Assembly: GCA_004524565.1 (NCBI GenBank)
Contig: SDNZ01000004.1
Span: 1 to 57,587, forward strand
DNA: 57,587 nucleotides
Direction: 5' to 3'
DNA from: Candidatus Thorarchaeota archaeon
GTDB taxonomy: Archaea > Asgardarchaeota > Thorarchaeia > Thorarchaeales > Thorarchaeaceae
Positions 18,742-27,557 of this stretch are shown one piece after another (the stretch's first letter is position 1; each line of letters begins with the position of its first letter). Below the pieces are notes generated by a model that did no database searches, had not been told where the DNA came from, and saw nothing but the letters and a program-made list of their open reading frames with translations. The position numbers were made by a program, and so were the translations under genes.

Positions 18742-19488
18742 ATGTCTGAATCTGCAATTGAGATAACTAATCTGACAAAACGGTTCGATGACATCACAGC
18801 ATTAGATAATCTCAGCCTTGAGATTGGTTGGGGTGAGCTATTCGGGATTCTCGGACCTAATGGAGCAGGAAAAAGTACTGCTGTAAATATACTCAGTACT
18901 CTGCTAGAACCCACAGAGGGAACAGCAACAATTGATGGATGCGATGTGGTCTTTGATCCGGATTGTATTCGTAAAATAGTTGGTGTCTGCCCTCAAGAAC
19001 CTGCATTCTATCCTCATCTTACTGGTGAAGAGAATATCACATTGATGGGAGATATGCATCTTGTGCCAAAAGATATCCTCAAAGAACGTATCAAGACTAT
19101 GGTCGAGAAAATCGGTATGGAGGATCATATCAAGAGACGAGCTAAGGACTACAGTGGTGGAATGATTCGAAGGGTCAGTATGCTAATGGCATTAATCAAT
19201 GACCCAAAGATAGCACTCCTTGATGAACCAACCGTAGCTATGGATCCAAAATCTCGTCATGCGGTCTGGGATTTCATTCGAGAACTAAAGACCCAAGGTA
19301 AAGCAATCATCCTAACAACCCACTATATGGAAGAAGCACAGGAATTGTGTGACAGAGTTGCTATCATTGATGAAGGCAAGCTTATCGAGCTTGGTTCTCC
19401 AACTGAATTGATGGAGAAACATCAAGCAAAGAACTTGGAAGATGTCTTTCTGAAATTGACAGGCAAGAAACTCAGGGAGGCGTTCTAG
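18742..19488 (+). CDS. ABC-2 type exporter ATPase
   Basis: GPNGAGKST, YSGGM, LDEPT, TTHYMEEA. Confidence 0.92.
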   Translation: MSESAIEITNLTKRFDDITALDNLSLEIGWGELFGILGPNGAGKSTAVNILSTLLEPTEGTATIDGCDVVFDPDCIRKIVGVCPQEPAFYPHLTGEENITLMGDMHLVPKDILKERIKTMVEKIGMEDHIKRRAKDYSGGMIRRVSMLMALINDPKIALLDEPTVAMDPKSRHAVWDFIRELKTQGKAIILTTHYMEEAQELCDRVAIIDEGKLIELGSPTELMEKHQAKNLEDVFLKLTGKKLREAF

Positions 19489-19489
19489 A

Positions 19490-20650
19490 ATGAATCTACG
19501 AAGAATACTTGCTTTAATAAATAAGGACCTCAAGAAGACAACACGTGAACCTGCGGTTCTTTTCCTACTGCTTGTTTTCCCAATTGTGTTAACTTTCGTT
19601 TTTGGATTAGCCTTTGGTGGAATTGGCGGAGGTGCAACAACTAGTTTCGATGTAGGCCTTCTCAACCTTGATGTTACGGGGCCCAACACCGAGTGGAGTG
19701 ATTCTTTTGTTAACAATCTAACATCTTCAGAAGTTTTTGTCATTCAGGAGTTTACCGACAATATAACTGGGCAAGCAGCACTTCAACAGGGAAACCTAGA
19801 TGCATTCATTATTATTCCTGAAGGATTCGGAGATAGTATCGAATCGTATTATGGATCTCCATTTGATCCAAGCGTATGGACCAATACTACAATTAATCTT
19901 TACGTTGATAGCGGGTCAATGATGGCGGTGTCAGCAGTTCCATCTCTAGTTCAAAAGGCTTTGATGGAAACTATATTCGGTAGTGAATCTATGTTGATTG
20001 GCCTACCAGTTGAGATTGATAGTCCAGCTCTAGTGGAGTCAAGTACTCTATCTCAATGGGATTTCATGGCGCCCGGGATTTTTGCATTCGCTGCAATCTT
20101 TCTAACAATGATAGTAGCTCAATCGATGACATACGAAAGAGACGAAGGTCTCTTGAAGAGATTGCGAACAACTCCAGTATCATCCGCGGAGTATATGGTC
20201 AGTCAGACCCTTTCCAATATGGTAATTGCAGTTGTACAAGTAGCATTAGTTCTAGCATCAGCCTTTGCCATTGGGTATAGGCCAGCAACAGGTCCTGCAG
20301 GCATTGGATTTGCCTTTCTAATCGCTCTTGCTTACTCTCTTGTAGCGGTGGGATTTGGTCTAATTGCTGCAACTATTTCAAAGTCAGCAGATGTTGCTAC
20401 TGGTATCAGTTTCGTCTTCATCATGCCACAGATGTTCTTTGGAACGTTCATGCCTCTTGGCGGAGCTACCGAAGTGATAGCGAAGTTTATGCCTAGTAAA
20501 TACATCACAGATGCTTTGACTACTCTCTTCTTGAGAGGTGCACCTGTTACATCGACCATCATATGGTTTGATTTCGCAGTTGTATCGATACTTGGAATTG
20601 CTCTCATACTCGTGGGAATCGCACTATTCGAAAGGTTCGGTACGAAATAG
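19490..20650 (+). CDS. ABC-2 type exporter permease
   Basis: N-terminal TM, extracellular domain, ERDEGLLKRL.TTP, then five TM segments. Confidence 0.9.
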   Translation: MNLRRILALINKDLKKTTREPAVLFLLLVFPIVLTFVFGLAFGGIGGGATTSFDVGLLNLDVTGPNTEWSDSFVNNLTSSEVFVIQEFTDNITGQAALQQGNLDAFIIIPEGFGDSIESYYGSPFDPSVWTNTTINLYVDSGSMMAVSAVPSLVQKALMETIFGSESMLIGLPVEIDSPALVESSTLSQWDFMAPGIFAFAAIFLTMIVAQSMTYERDEGLLKRLRTTPVSSAEYMVSQTLSNMVIAVVQVALVLASAFAIGYRPATGPAGIGFAFLIALAYSLVAVGFGLIAATISKSADVATGISFVFIMPQMFFGTFMPLGGATEVIAKFMPSKYITDALTTLFLRGAPVTSTIIWFDFAVVSILGIALILVGIALFERFGTK

Positions 20651-20678
20651 GAGTCCCTTTGGGGACTCCATCTTTTTA
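20650..20678 (+). terminator. Hairpin plus T-tract terminator candidate
   Basis: GGAGTCCC-TTTG-GGGACTCC followed by ATCTTTTT. Confidence 0.6.
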
Positions 20679-20729
20679 TTAAGGAGGTTTATCAGAATTG
20701 AATTTGCTAATTGAAATAGAGGTGGTCTA

Positions 20730-21407
20730 ATGAATCCAGAAAAGAATGGTAATGATGATGAAATGATTGAGAAAGCGAAGCAGCTGCTTCTACTCACAGA
20801 CCTTGTTGACAAATATCCAATGGTTGTTGCTCGAAGAGTCTCTGGATTGGTCTATCTCATCATTGCTGGAGGAATATCCTTTGCAACACTGATTTACATG
20901 TCATTGCAAGACATCCTTGGACCCGGAGATCCACTCTTGGTAAATCTGGCATTTGTTGGAATCAGTCTGTTCTTTTCATGGTTGGTAGCATTTAAACTAG
21001 TATTGCCACTCACTCAATCATATCCTCAAGATACCAGCTCAAAAGAGGGTGAAAGAGCCCCTTTTGTAATTTGGGGTATTCTTGCAACAGCTATCGTGAT
21101 TCTTTCATTTGTAACATTCTCAACTGGAAGTGGTGTTTTATTCGTACCATCATTGCAATTGATTATGGGTACTGGTTTTCTTAGCAATTATATATTAGGA
21201 AGAAGAGAAGAAGGAGTGGAATTTTTCACGCGCGAGCATCTTTACTTTGCATTAATTGTCTTCCTGAGTTTCATTCCAATGATATTGTTTCTGGAGTTTG
21301 CATATGTTATCCTGATAATTGCAGATATGGGTGGAATCTACATCGTAGGAATCTATCAGCTCGTAACAGCAGAACGACTTCTTCTTGAGAGTAAGGGGCA
21401 GGGATAG
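20730..21407 (+). CDS. Six-TM membrane protein (partner of the downstream wHTH regulator)
   Basis: About six hydrophobic helices; 2-nt gap to the regulator. Confidence 0.75.
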   Translation: MNPEKNGNDDEMIEKAKQLLLLTDLVDKYPMVVARRVSGLVYLIIAGGISFATLIYMSLQDILGPGDPLLVNLAFVGISLFFSWLVAFKLVLPLTQSYPQDTSSKEGERAPFVIWGILATAIVILSFVTFSTGSGVLFVPSLQLIMGTGFLSNYILGRREEGVEFFTREHLYFALIVFLSFIPMILFLEFAYVILIIADMGGIYIVGIYQLVTAERLLLESKGQG

Positions 21408-21409
21408 TT

Positions 21410-21760
21410 TTGAAGATTGATGGGGACCTCCTTTCAGCATTAGTAGGTCTCATGGAAGAAGACCGTGAAACAATGGTCCCCACAAGACTCTCTATACTTG
21501 TTTATCTCTATTTCACTCAACATGCAACATTTCCAGTTCTTCAGAAGAAACTAGGTCTAACATCAGGTAATCTCTCAAGTCATCTCAGAAAATTGGAAGA
21601 ACTAGGTCTCATACGAATATCAAAGAGATTTGTTGACCTTAAACCAACAACGTTTGCGGTTTTGACCTCTGAAGGTGCTGAACGTGTAAGAAGTCAGATG
21701 GTGAGAATGCGTGAACTTGTTTCAATGGTTATTGATACAGGGTCCAAATCAGACCAGTAG
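21410..21760 (+). CDS. Winged-HTH transcriptional regulator (HTH_34 / MarR-ArsR-like)
   Basis: RLSIL..L, LTSGNLSSHLRKLEE.G, K.F...KP.T, LT.EG. Confidence 0.88.
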   Translation: MKIDGDLLSALVGLMEEDRETMVPTRLSILVYLYFTQHATFPVLQKKLGLTSGNLSSHLRKLEELGLIRISKRFVDLKPTTFAVLTSEGAERVRSQMVRMRELVSMVIDTGSKSDQ

Positions 21761-22081
21761 TTTCTGTAATTTTAGAAGGTCTGGAACTTCACCTTTGGTC
21801 TTCAACCTACCAGAGGAATATGCAGCCATGGGGCTCTCAGTTTTGTCAATAATCCCAAAGAATACTGCTGAATCCATTGTAACTTGAAGCTCTGCTTCAG
21901 TTTCTCCCTCACCAACTTCAAGGAGTTCAGCATCTCCGATTCTCATGTACATCTTTGTATCAATATCAGGGAAGATGAACTGAAGTGTCTTGTTATATTC
22001 CTTGAACCTTCGTTGGATTTTCGGGTCATCAAATCGAGATGAGAGAGATTGAAGTTGAGCTGCTATCTTATCCTTTGTCAT
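21749..22081 (-). CDS. SCP2 sterol-carrier-domain protein
   Basis: ESPMAAYSSGRLKTKG..DLLKLQKL; start moved to ATG 22081. Confidence 0.82.
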   Translation of the reverse strand: MTKDKIAAQLQSLSSRFDDPKIQRRFKEYNKTLQFIFPDIDTKMYMRIGDAELLEVGEGETEAELQVTMDSAVFFGIIDKTESPMAAYSSGRLKTKGEVPDLLKLQKLLV

Positions 22082-22177
22082 GTTGGCACGACAATACGAT
22101 TTACGCAAACTGAGTTATATCTTTCCAGACCGAGATATTAATACGATAGTTAGAAAATATACTGAGAGGTTATTACT

Positions 22178-23266
22178 ATGACTGCAGAAGAAACTGATTC
22201 CATTGAAGTAGAGAACCGCGATGTGAATTCCAAGAAAGCATATTATGCATGGGCCGGAGCCCTGATCTTTTCTATTGCATTCACATTCATTATCTGGGCG
22301 GTAGGACCTTTTTTAGAACCATTCATTGCAATACTTGGACCTGATCTCGGAGCTGAGTGGTATTATTGGAAGCTGCCGGCTCGAGAGTTCATGACTATGT
22401 TGATTGTATGGAGTTTCTATCTTGCACATCAATTTTCTATCTGGGGATCAATCTACTGGGCACAGAAGAACCTCGTAGAATACAAGACAAGACCGACCTC
22501 CGGGTTAACTACCTACAATTGGGCAACACTTCTCATAAATGCGGTATTCATTATTCTTCATCTGTTCCAGACGCATATTTGGTTCGATGGCTTAGCCCAA
22601 GATGTCCCAATCATAACAAGTCAGGGTTCTGTAATTATAATGCTCGTACTGATTCTAGTTATGGAGAATCCAAGACGTGGATTATTCATGGGTCGAAAAG
22701 CCGGAAAACCAATTACCGCGCAGGTTTCAGGTTTCTTCAGACGCAATCACCAGTATATCATAGCCTGGGCATTGGTCTATACGTTCTGGTTCCATCCCAT
22801 GGCATATGATCCACAGCTTGTGACCGGATTCTTCTATATGTTCCTTCTTTTCACGCAGGTTTCACTGGCCTACACAGTAGTCCATGTGAATCGAGGATGG
22901 GTTGTGCTTCTTGAGAGCTTTGTAGGAGTTCATGCATTCATTGTTGCTGTTTACAATACAATTCAACATGCAAGTACTGACATGTGGGCGATGTTTGCAT
23001 CTGGTTTTGCATTCATGTTCGTCTTCACGTATATCTACGCATTCAAGGTAAGAAAGGAGATCAGATGGATTGCTGTAATAGCATATATCGGTGCATTAGT
23101 ATGGATATACCTTCCAGCTTCATTTGGAGGATACGGAAGACCGCTGACCTATCTAATGCGACTCGAATTTCTGTGGATTCCTATGATTCTCTACTTACTA
23201 GCATTTGTCTTTGCTGGGATAGTATACCTATTTCTGAAACGTAGAACTACGACAGAGACTTGGTAA
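22178..23266 (+). CDS. Trp/His-rich polytopic membrane protein, unknown function
   Basis: About 10 TM segments; GAGG RBS; downstream hairpin. Confidence 0.8.
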   Translation: MTAEETDSIEVENRDVNSKKAYYAWAGALIFSIAFTFIIWAVGPFLEPFIAILGPDLGAEWYYWKLPAREFMTMLIVWSFYLAHQFSIWGSIYWAQKNLVEYKTRPTSGLTTYNWATLLINAVFIILHLFQTHIWFDGLAQDVPIITSQGSVIIMLVLILVMENPRRGLFMGRKAGKPITAQVSGFFRRNHQYIIAWALVYTFWFHPMAYDPQLVTGFFYMFLLFTQVSLAYTVVHVNRGWVVLLESFVGVHAFIVAVYNTIQHASTDMWAMFASGFAFMFVFTYIYAFKVRKEIRWIAVIAYIGALVWIYLPASFGGYGRPLTYLMRLEFLWIPMILYLLAFVFAGIVYLFLKRRTTTETW

Positions 23267-23271
23267 AAACC

Positions 23272-23300
23272 ACAATGAGGGGCGGAATCCCCCTCATTGT
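23272..23300. terminator. Hairpin between convergent genes (bidirectional terminator candidate)
   Basis: 11-bp perfect stem ACAATGAGGGG/CCCCTCATTGT with a 7-nt loop. Confidence 0.65.
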
Positions 23301-23303
23301 AAT

Positions 23304-24638
23304 TTATTTTATTTCAGAAACATGAACACTACAGGAAACACAGGGATCATATGAACGGACAACTGTTTCTAATTTGGGTCCTATGATCTTAGCATCCTTA
23401 ATGCCTTGTTGAAGTAGTCCTTCAGACATTCTTTTCAAATCATCTTCGAGGATGGGGAGGAACATAGCTGTAGGTGTGACAATATCAGCACCCTTCACTT
23501 TTCCATTCTTGTCAACACTGATTGTGTACGCAAGCATTCCTCGTGGTGCTTCCGTCATTGATACTCCAGTTCCCGCTTTTGTGATATGAGGTTTGATTCG
23601 CTTCTCGTTCGGTTTGTACGAGCTGAGAAGATTGTGTATGATATTCTCCGCACGTTGGATATAGTATACGACCTCAATCGCTTGAGCAAAATTATTGGAC
23701 ATAGGATTACTTGCATCAAGATACTCCACGTACATATCAGCTAGTTCCTTTGCTCTTTCAATAAGCCTATCACCGAATAGCACGTTTCGTGAAAGCGCTC
23801 CAGTCATGAAGGGCTGTTCATTGTAATGGCCATGTTTTGCAAACGAATGCTCTACAACACTCTCACAGATTCGCATCTTGTAGGCCTCAACTTTAAATTT
23901 GGTCCCATCAGATACATGCACTATATCACCCATCATTGTGTATGTTCCATCAAATGGTTCTATAGCTAAATGCAATCGCTTTGCATCAACCTCCGGCCAG
24001 TTTCTATTGCCTACCAGAGTTTCGAGAGCCTGTTCGCCTTCATTTCGCAATCCTCTAAGGCGAGTTTCCAAAATCTCTAGGTTCTTCTTGGTTGGGAGTT
24101 TGCCAAATCCACCCATCATTGCATTTTCTTGGTGGATGTATCGAGAACCAATAATGGTCTGAATATCTGCCCCGATATCCTTCAGAGCCAACCCAGCAGA
24201 AAGAACCTCAGGATAGTCCTTTGCCATTGAGAAGGCATCAGGATAACCCAAGAAATCTGGAAGAGCTAGTAGAAATAGGTGTAGCGCATGACTCTCGATA
24301 TAATCCCCAATATAGAGTAATTCACGCAGCTTGATAGTTTGCTTTGTAGGATGAAGACCAATAGCCTTCTCTGCTGCTTGTATACCGGTTATTTTATGAG
24401 CCGCGGCACAGAATGAACAGACTCGTGGAAATACAGCAGTTGCTTCTTCTACTGATTTACCCAATGTGATAGCTTCAAAATATCTGGGACCTTCAAAGAT
24501 TTTGACTTGTGAAACCTCTACATTCTTTCCATCATGACGGATCTCAATACCCGCCTTTCCTTCGATACGCGCAATGTGATCAACACTGATTTGTCGACTG
24601 ATCTTCTTTGTAGATTTCTTCTTTGTAGTTCCAGACAT
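23304..24638 (-). CDS. hydA: Group 3b [NiFe] hydrogenase large (alpha) subunit
   Basis: HIARIEG, RVCSFC (L1), EAPRG, DPCVSCSVH (L2). Confidence 0.93.
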   Translation of the reverse strand: MSGTTKKKSTKKISRQISVDHIARIEGKAGIEIRHDGKNVEVSQVKIFEGPRYFEAITLGKSVEEATAVFPRVCSFCAAAHKITGIQAAEKAIGLHPTKQTIKLRELLYIGDYIESHALHLFLLALPDFLGYPDAFSMAKDYPEVLSAGLALKDIGADIQTIIGSRYIHQENAMMGGFGKLPTKKNLEILETRLRGLRNEGEQALETLVGNRNWPEVDAKRLHLAIEPFDGTYTMMGDIVHVSDGTKFKVEAYKMRICESVVEHSFAKHGHYNEQPFMTGALSRNVLFGDRLIERAKELADMYVEYLDASNPMSNNFAQAIEVVYYIQRAENIIHNLLSSYKPNEKRIKPHITKAGTGVSMTEAPRGMLAYTISVDKNGKVKGADIVTPTAMFLPILEDDLKRMSEGLLQQGIKDAKIIGPKLETVVRSYDPCVSCSVHVSEIK

Positions 24639-25453
24639 TAGTCAGTACCTCCGTAGATTTTCTTCAACATTGGCTCAAGGTTGGGATTATGGGCTCCGAA
24701 GATTCTGAATCGTTCTCGAACTTGGTCCTTCGAGATTCCTTTATTCTTGAAAGTCATAGCCAATGAATCAAACCAAGCAGTATCGTGTGGTACTGGTCCT
24801 CTACACCCGATACATGGTACATTGAATGTAATGCATCGAGCTTTGCAGCCAGCTGTTGTAACAGGGCCAAGGCATGGTTCACCACGTTCTATCAAAATAC
24901 ATGGATTCCCAGCAAGTCGACATTCCGAACAAACTGGATAGTCTTTGGGCTCTGGAAATGTTCCGAAGAGAAAGGCGGAGATGAAGTACATTATCTCATC
25001 TTCTTCGGGAGGACAACCGGGAAGATAGTAATCTACCTCCACATGTTTTGAGATGGGAGTGGCCTGAAGACCTTTCATCCCAATCTTCCCTGTACCATAT
25101 ACCTTAGCATGGAGCTCTTCGTGAGTCATCTCACCTTCAGCCCAGCTCTGGACACCACCATTAACGGAGCAAGCACCAAGAGCAACAAGAATCCGTGAGT
25201 GTTTCCGAATCTCATAGAGTTCCTCCAGATCCTTCTCTGTAGAAACTGAACCTTCGACAAACGCAACATCGACATCTGCAGGATGTTTGCTGGCACTGGA
25301 TAGCATGTAGAAACTTTCAAAGCTTACAGCATTTGCAATCTCCATAATTTTCTGCACTGTTGCAAGTTTGAGTTGACAACCATAACAGGAAGTCAGAGCA
25401 TAGACCCCAACTCGCGGTTGGCATTCTCCATCGCAGCCATCTATTATTGCCAT
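24638..25453 (-). CDS. hydD: Group 3b hydrogenase small (delta) subunit
   Basis: LTSCYGCQ, LGAC, PGCPP, VCSEC, CLGP, CIGCRG. Confidence 0.92.
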   Translation of the reverse strand: MAIIDGCDGECQPRVGVYALTSCYGCQLKLATVQKIMEIANAVSFESFYMLSSASKHPADVDVAFVEGSVSTEKDLEELYEIRKHSRILVALGACSVNGGVQSWAEGEMTHEELHAKVYGTGKIGMKGLQATPISKHVEVDYYLPGCPPEEDEIMYFISAFLFGTFPEPKDYPVCSECRLAGNPCILIERGEPCLGPVTTAGCKARCITFNVPCIGCRGPVPHDTAWFDSLAMTFKNKGISKDQVRERFRIFGAHNPNLEPMLKKIYGGTD

Positions 25454-25454
25454 T

Positions 25455-26330
25455 TCATATCAACCCCGGAATGCTTGTGATGGCATAATAATCGAAAACA
25501 GGACCATCCTTGCAGGCGTATTTCCAACTCGTTGCAGTGCCAATATTGCAATGACCGCATTTACCCACGCCACATTTCATTCTCCGTTCGAGAGTGACGA
25601 AGATGTATCGAGGATCATAACCTCTGGCAATGAGTTCCTCGAACATGCCCTTGTACATAGCTGGAGGACCGCACATCGCAACAGCACAGTTCTTTGGATC
25701 AACATTGACTTTCTCGAAGTGAGATGTTGCTCTACCGTGTAATCCTTTGAAATCAGGGTCACGTGTTGCAGTCTGAACAATAGAGATGTCCTCTGCAGTA
25801 GCAATATCCTTCATAGCTTCAAGTTCTCGTTTGAAGAGTAATTCGTTCCCGAATTTTGCACTGTTGATGATGGTTATGTTACCAAACAACCAGCGGTTAT
25901 CAATCGCATAGAGAAATACAGATCTCAATGGAGCCATACCAAGACCAGCAGCGACCAGTAACAAATCACGATTATAGAATTGCTCCATTGGAAAGCCATT
26001 ACCATAAGGACCACGGATTCCAACAAGTGAACCGGGTTGTAGTTTATGAATCTGAGAAGTGACGCGACCAGCATTTCGAATACACAGTTCAAAGAAACCC
26101 ATTCTTCGTGCAGAAGAACAGATTGAGATTGGAACCTCTCCTAGACCAAGTAAGGATACTTCTACAAACTGCCCAGGTTTAAATCTCCAATTCGTTGCAA
26201 TCTCTGGATCCTCAAAACGGAAGAGAAATAGTTTGTCGCTTTCTGATAGTTTGTATTTTCTCAGCAGTCGACACTTAGCAGTATCATAGATATTCTCTTT
26301 CCCTTCATCCTGTGTTTTACTCTGTGACAT
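25455..26330 (-). CDS. hydG: Group 3b hydrogenase gamma subunit (FAD/NAD(P), 2Fe-2S)
   Basis: PGQF, GPYGNGF, CGPP, ERRMKCGVGKCGHC, CKDGPVF; start ATG 26330 overlaps the hydB stop. Confidence 0.92.
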   Translation of the reverse strand: MSQSKTQDEGKENIYDTAKCRLLRKYKLSESDKLFLFRFEDPEIATNWRFKPGQFVEVSLLGLGEVPISICSSARRMGFFELCIRNAGRVTSQIHKLQPGSLVGIRGPYGNGFPMEQFYNRDLLLVAAGLGMAPLRSVFLYAIDNRWLFGNITIINSAKFGNELLFKRELEAMKDIATAEDISIVQTATRDPDFKGLHGRATSHFEKVNVDPKNCAVAMCGPPAMYKGMFEELIARGYDPRYIFVTLERRMKCGVGKCGHCNIGTATSWKYACKDGPVFDYYAITSIPGLI

Positions 26331-27376
26331 TATGAATACCCTCCTTTGTACCCAGCAATTTCCATGAGATTCTTCTTGAATTGAATATCCGCAGGACAAA
26401 AGTATGTACAACGTCCACAACCTACACAAAACGATGTAGTTGTGGCTGAACAATAGGAATTCTTGCACTGGTATCGGTTATGGAATCTATCTTGTTTTGT
26501 TTCTCGGAAATTGTGATCTCCTGCTACTAAGCCGTGAGAACGAAATTGACAGGAATCCCAGAATCGAATCCGCTCACCCGTTCTTCCATCAATACTTGGA
26601 ATATCCTGTACGTCATAGCATTTACATGATGGGCATGTGAGTGTGCAATTCCCGCACCCCAAGCATTTCTCACTCTCCCGTATATACATCGGGTGATTAA
26701 GACGCAATTCCATGAAATATCGCAGATTATCCCAGTTCCCCTGCGTTGTAAACATCGAGGTACGTTTCTCTTCGAATTTTGACATATTTTCAGTATCGTC
26801 AGGACATACTTCTTCGAAAAGTTCGCCCTCATAGGGATCTACAAGTTTATGCCCTACTACTGTACCAACACGAACCAGAAAGCCATCAGGAAGCTCGTGG
26901 AAAAAGAGATCAAATCCAGCATCGACAAACTCCACACGTCTAACGTTACAGAAACAATACTCATCTGGAAGACATGAAAGACCAATTACAATCCCATTCT
27001 CTCGCCGTGATTTGTAGTAAGGGTCAGGTTGGTCATCTATAAATTTTGAGTCCATTGTTCGAAGTGCAACGATATCACACGAATGGACTCCAAAGAGAAT
27101 CTGCTTCTTGTCAGAAGGAAGATTTTCGTATAGTTCAACCTTACGAGTATCAAAAGTAAATAGAACCTCTCTCTCGGGATAAAAGAACCGACGTGGTGGA
27201 CGGATAGTTCTCTGGTACTCAAACATGACATCCTTCACATCGTCAACTTCACAAAAATCAAAGAACTTCTCAGATATCTTATGAGGAGCATAGAGAGTTC
27301 CAATCTTCTTTAATCTCTCAAGAAACTCGTAGGTGTTTTGCTTGGATATCTTTACATACCTCAAGAGTGGGGACAC
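26330..27376 (-). CDS. hydB: Group 3b hydrogenase beta subunit (FeS)
   Basis: GVHSCD, CFC, CLGCGNCTLTCPSCKC, CVGCGRC..FCP. Confidence 0.92.
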   Translation of the reverse strand: MSPLLRYVKISKQNTYEFLERLKKIGTLYAPHKISEKFFDFCEVDDVKDVMFEYQRTIRPPRRFFYPEREVLFTFDTRKVELYENLPSDKKQILFGVHSCDIVALRTMDSKFIDDQPDPYYKSRRENGIVIGLSCLPDEYCFCNVRRVEFVDAGFDLFFHELPDGFLVRVGTVVGHKLVDPYEGELFEEVCPDDTENMSKFEEKRTSMFTTQGNWDNLRYFMELRLNHPMYIRESEKCLGCGNCTLTCPSCKCYDVQDIPSIDGRTGERIRFWDSCQFRSHGLVAGDHNFRETKQDRFHNRYQCKNSYCSATTTSFCVGCGRCTYFCPADIQFKKNLMEIAGYKGGYS

Positions 27377-27557
27377 CTCATTATTACACGTGAAACAATT
27401 CGTTAGTAGAATAGATTGCTAATAAAATGGTAGATGTGGACGTGGCATTTTCGTTAGAATTGATATAGAACTTAACACGCTTAAGGTCAAGACAGAAAGA
27501 TTATATCGGCCCCGCGATTGAAGCCGCCGTTACAACCTGACACTGGAGTCAATTCCT

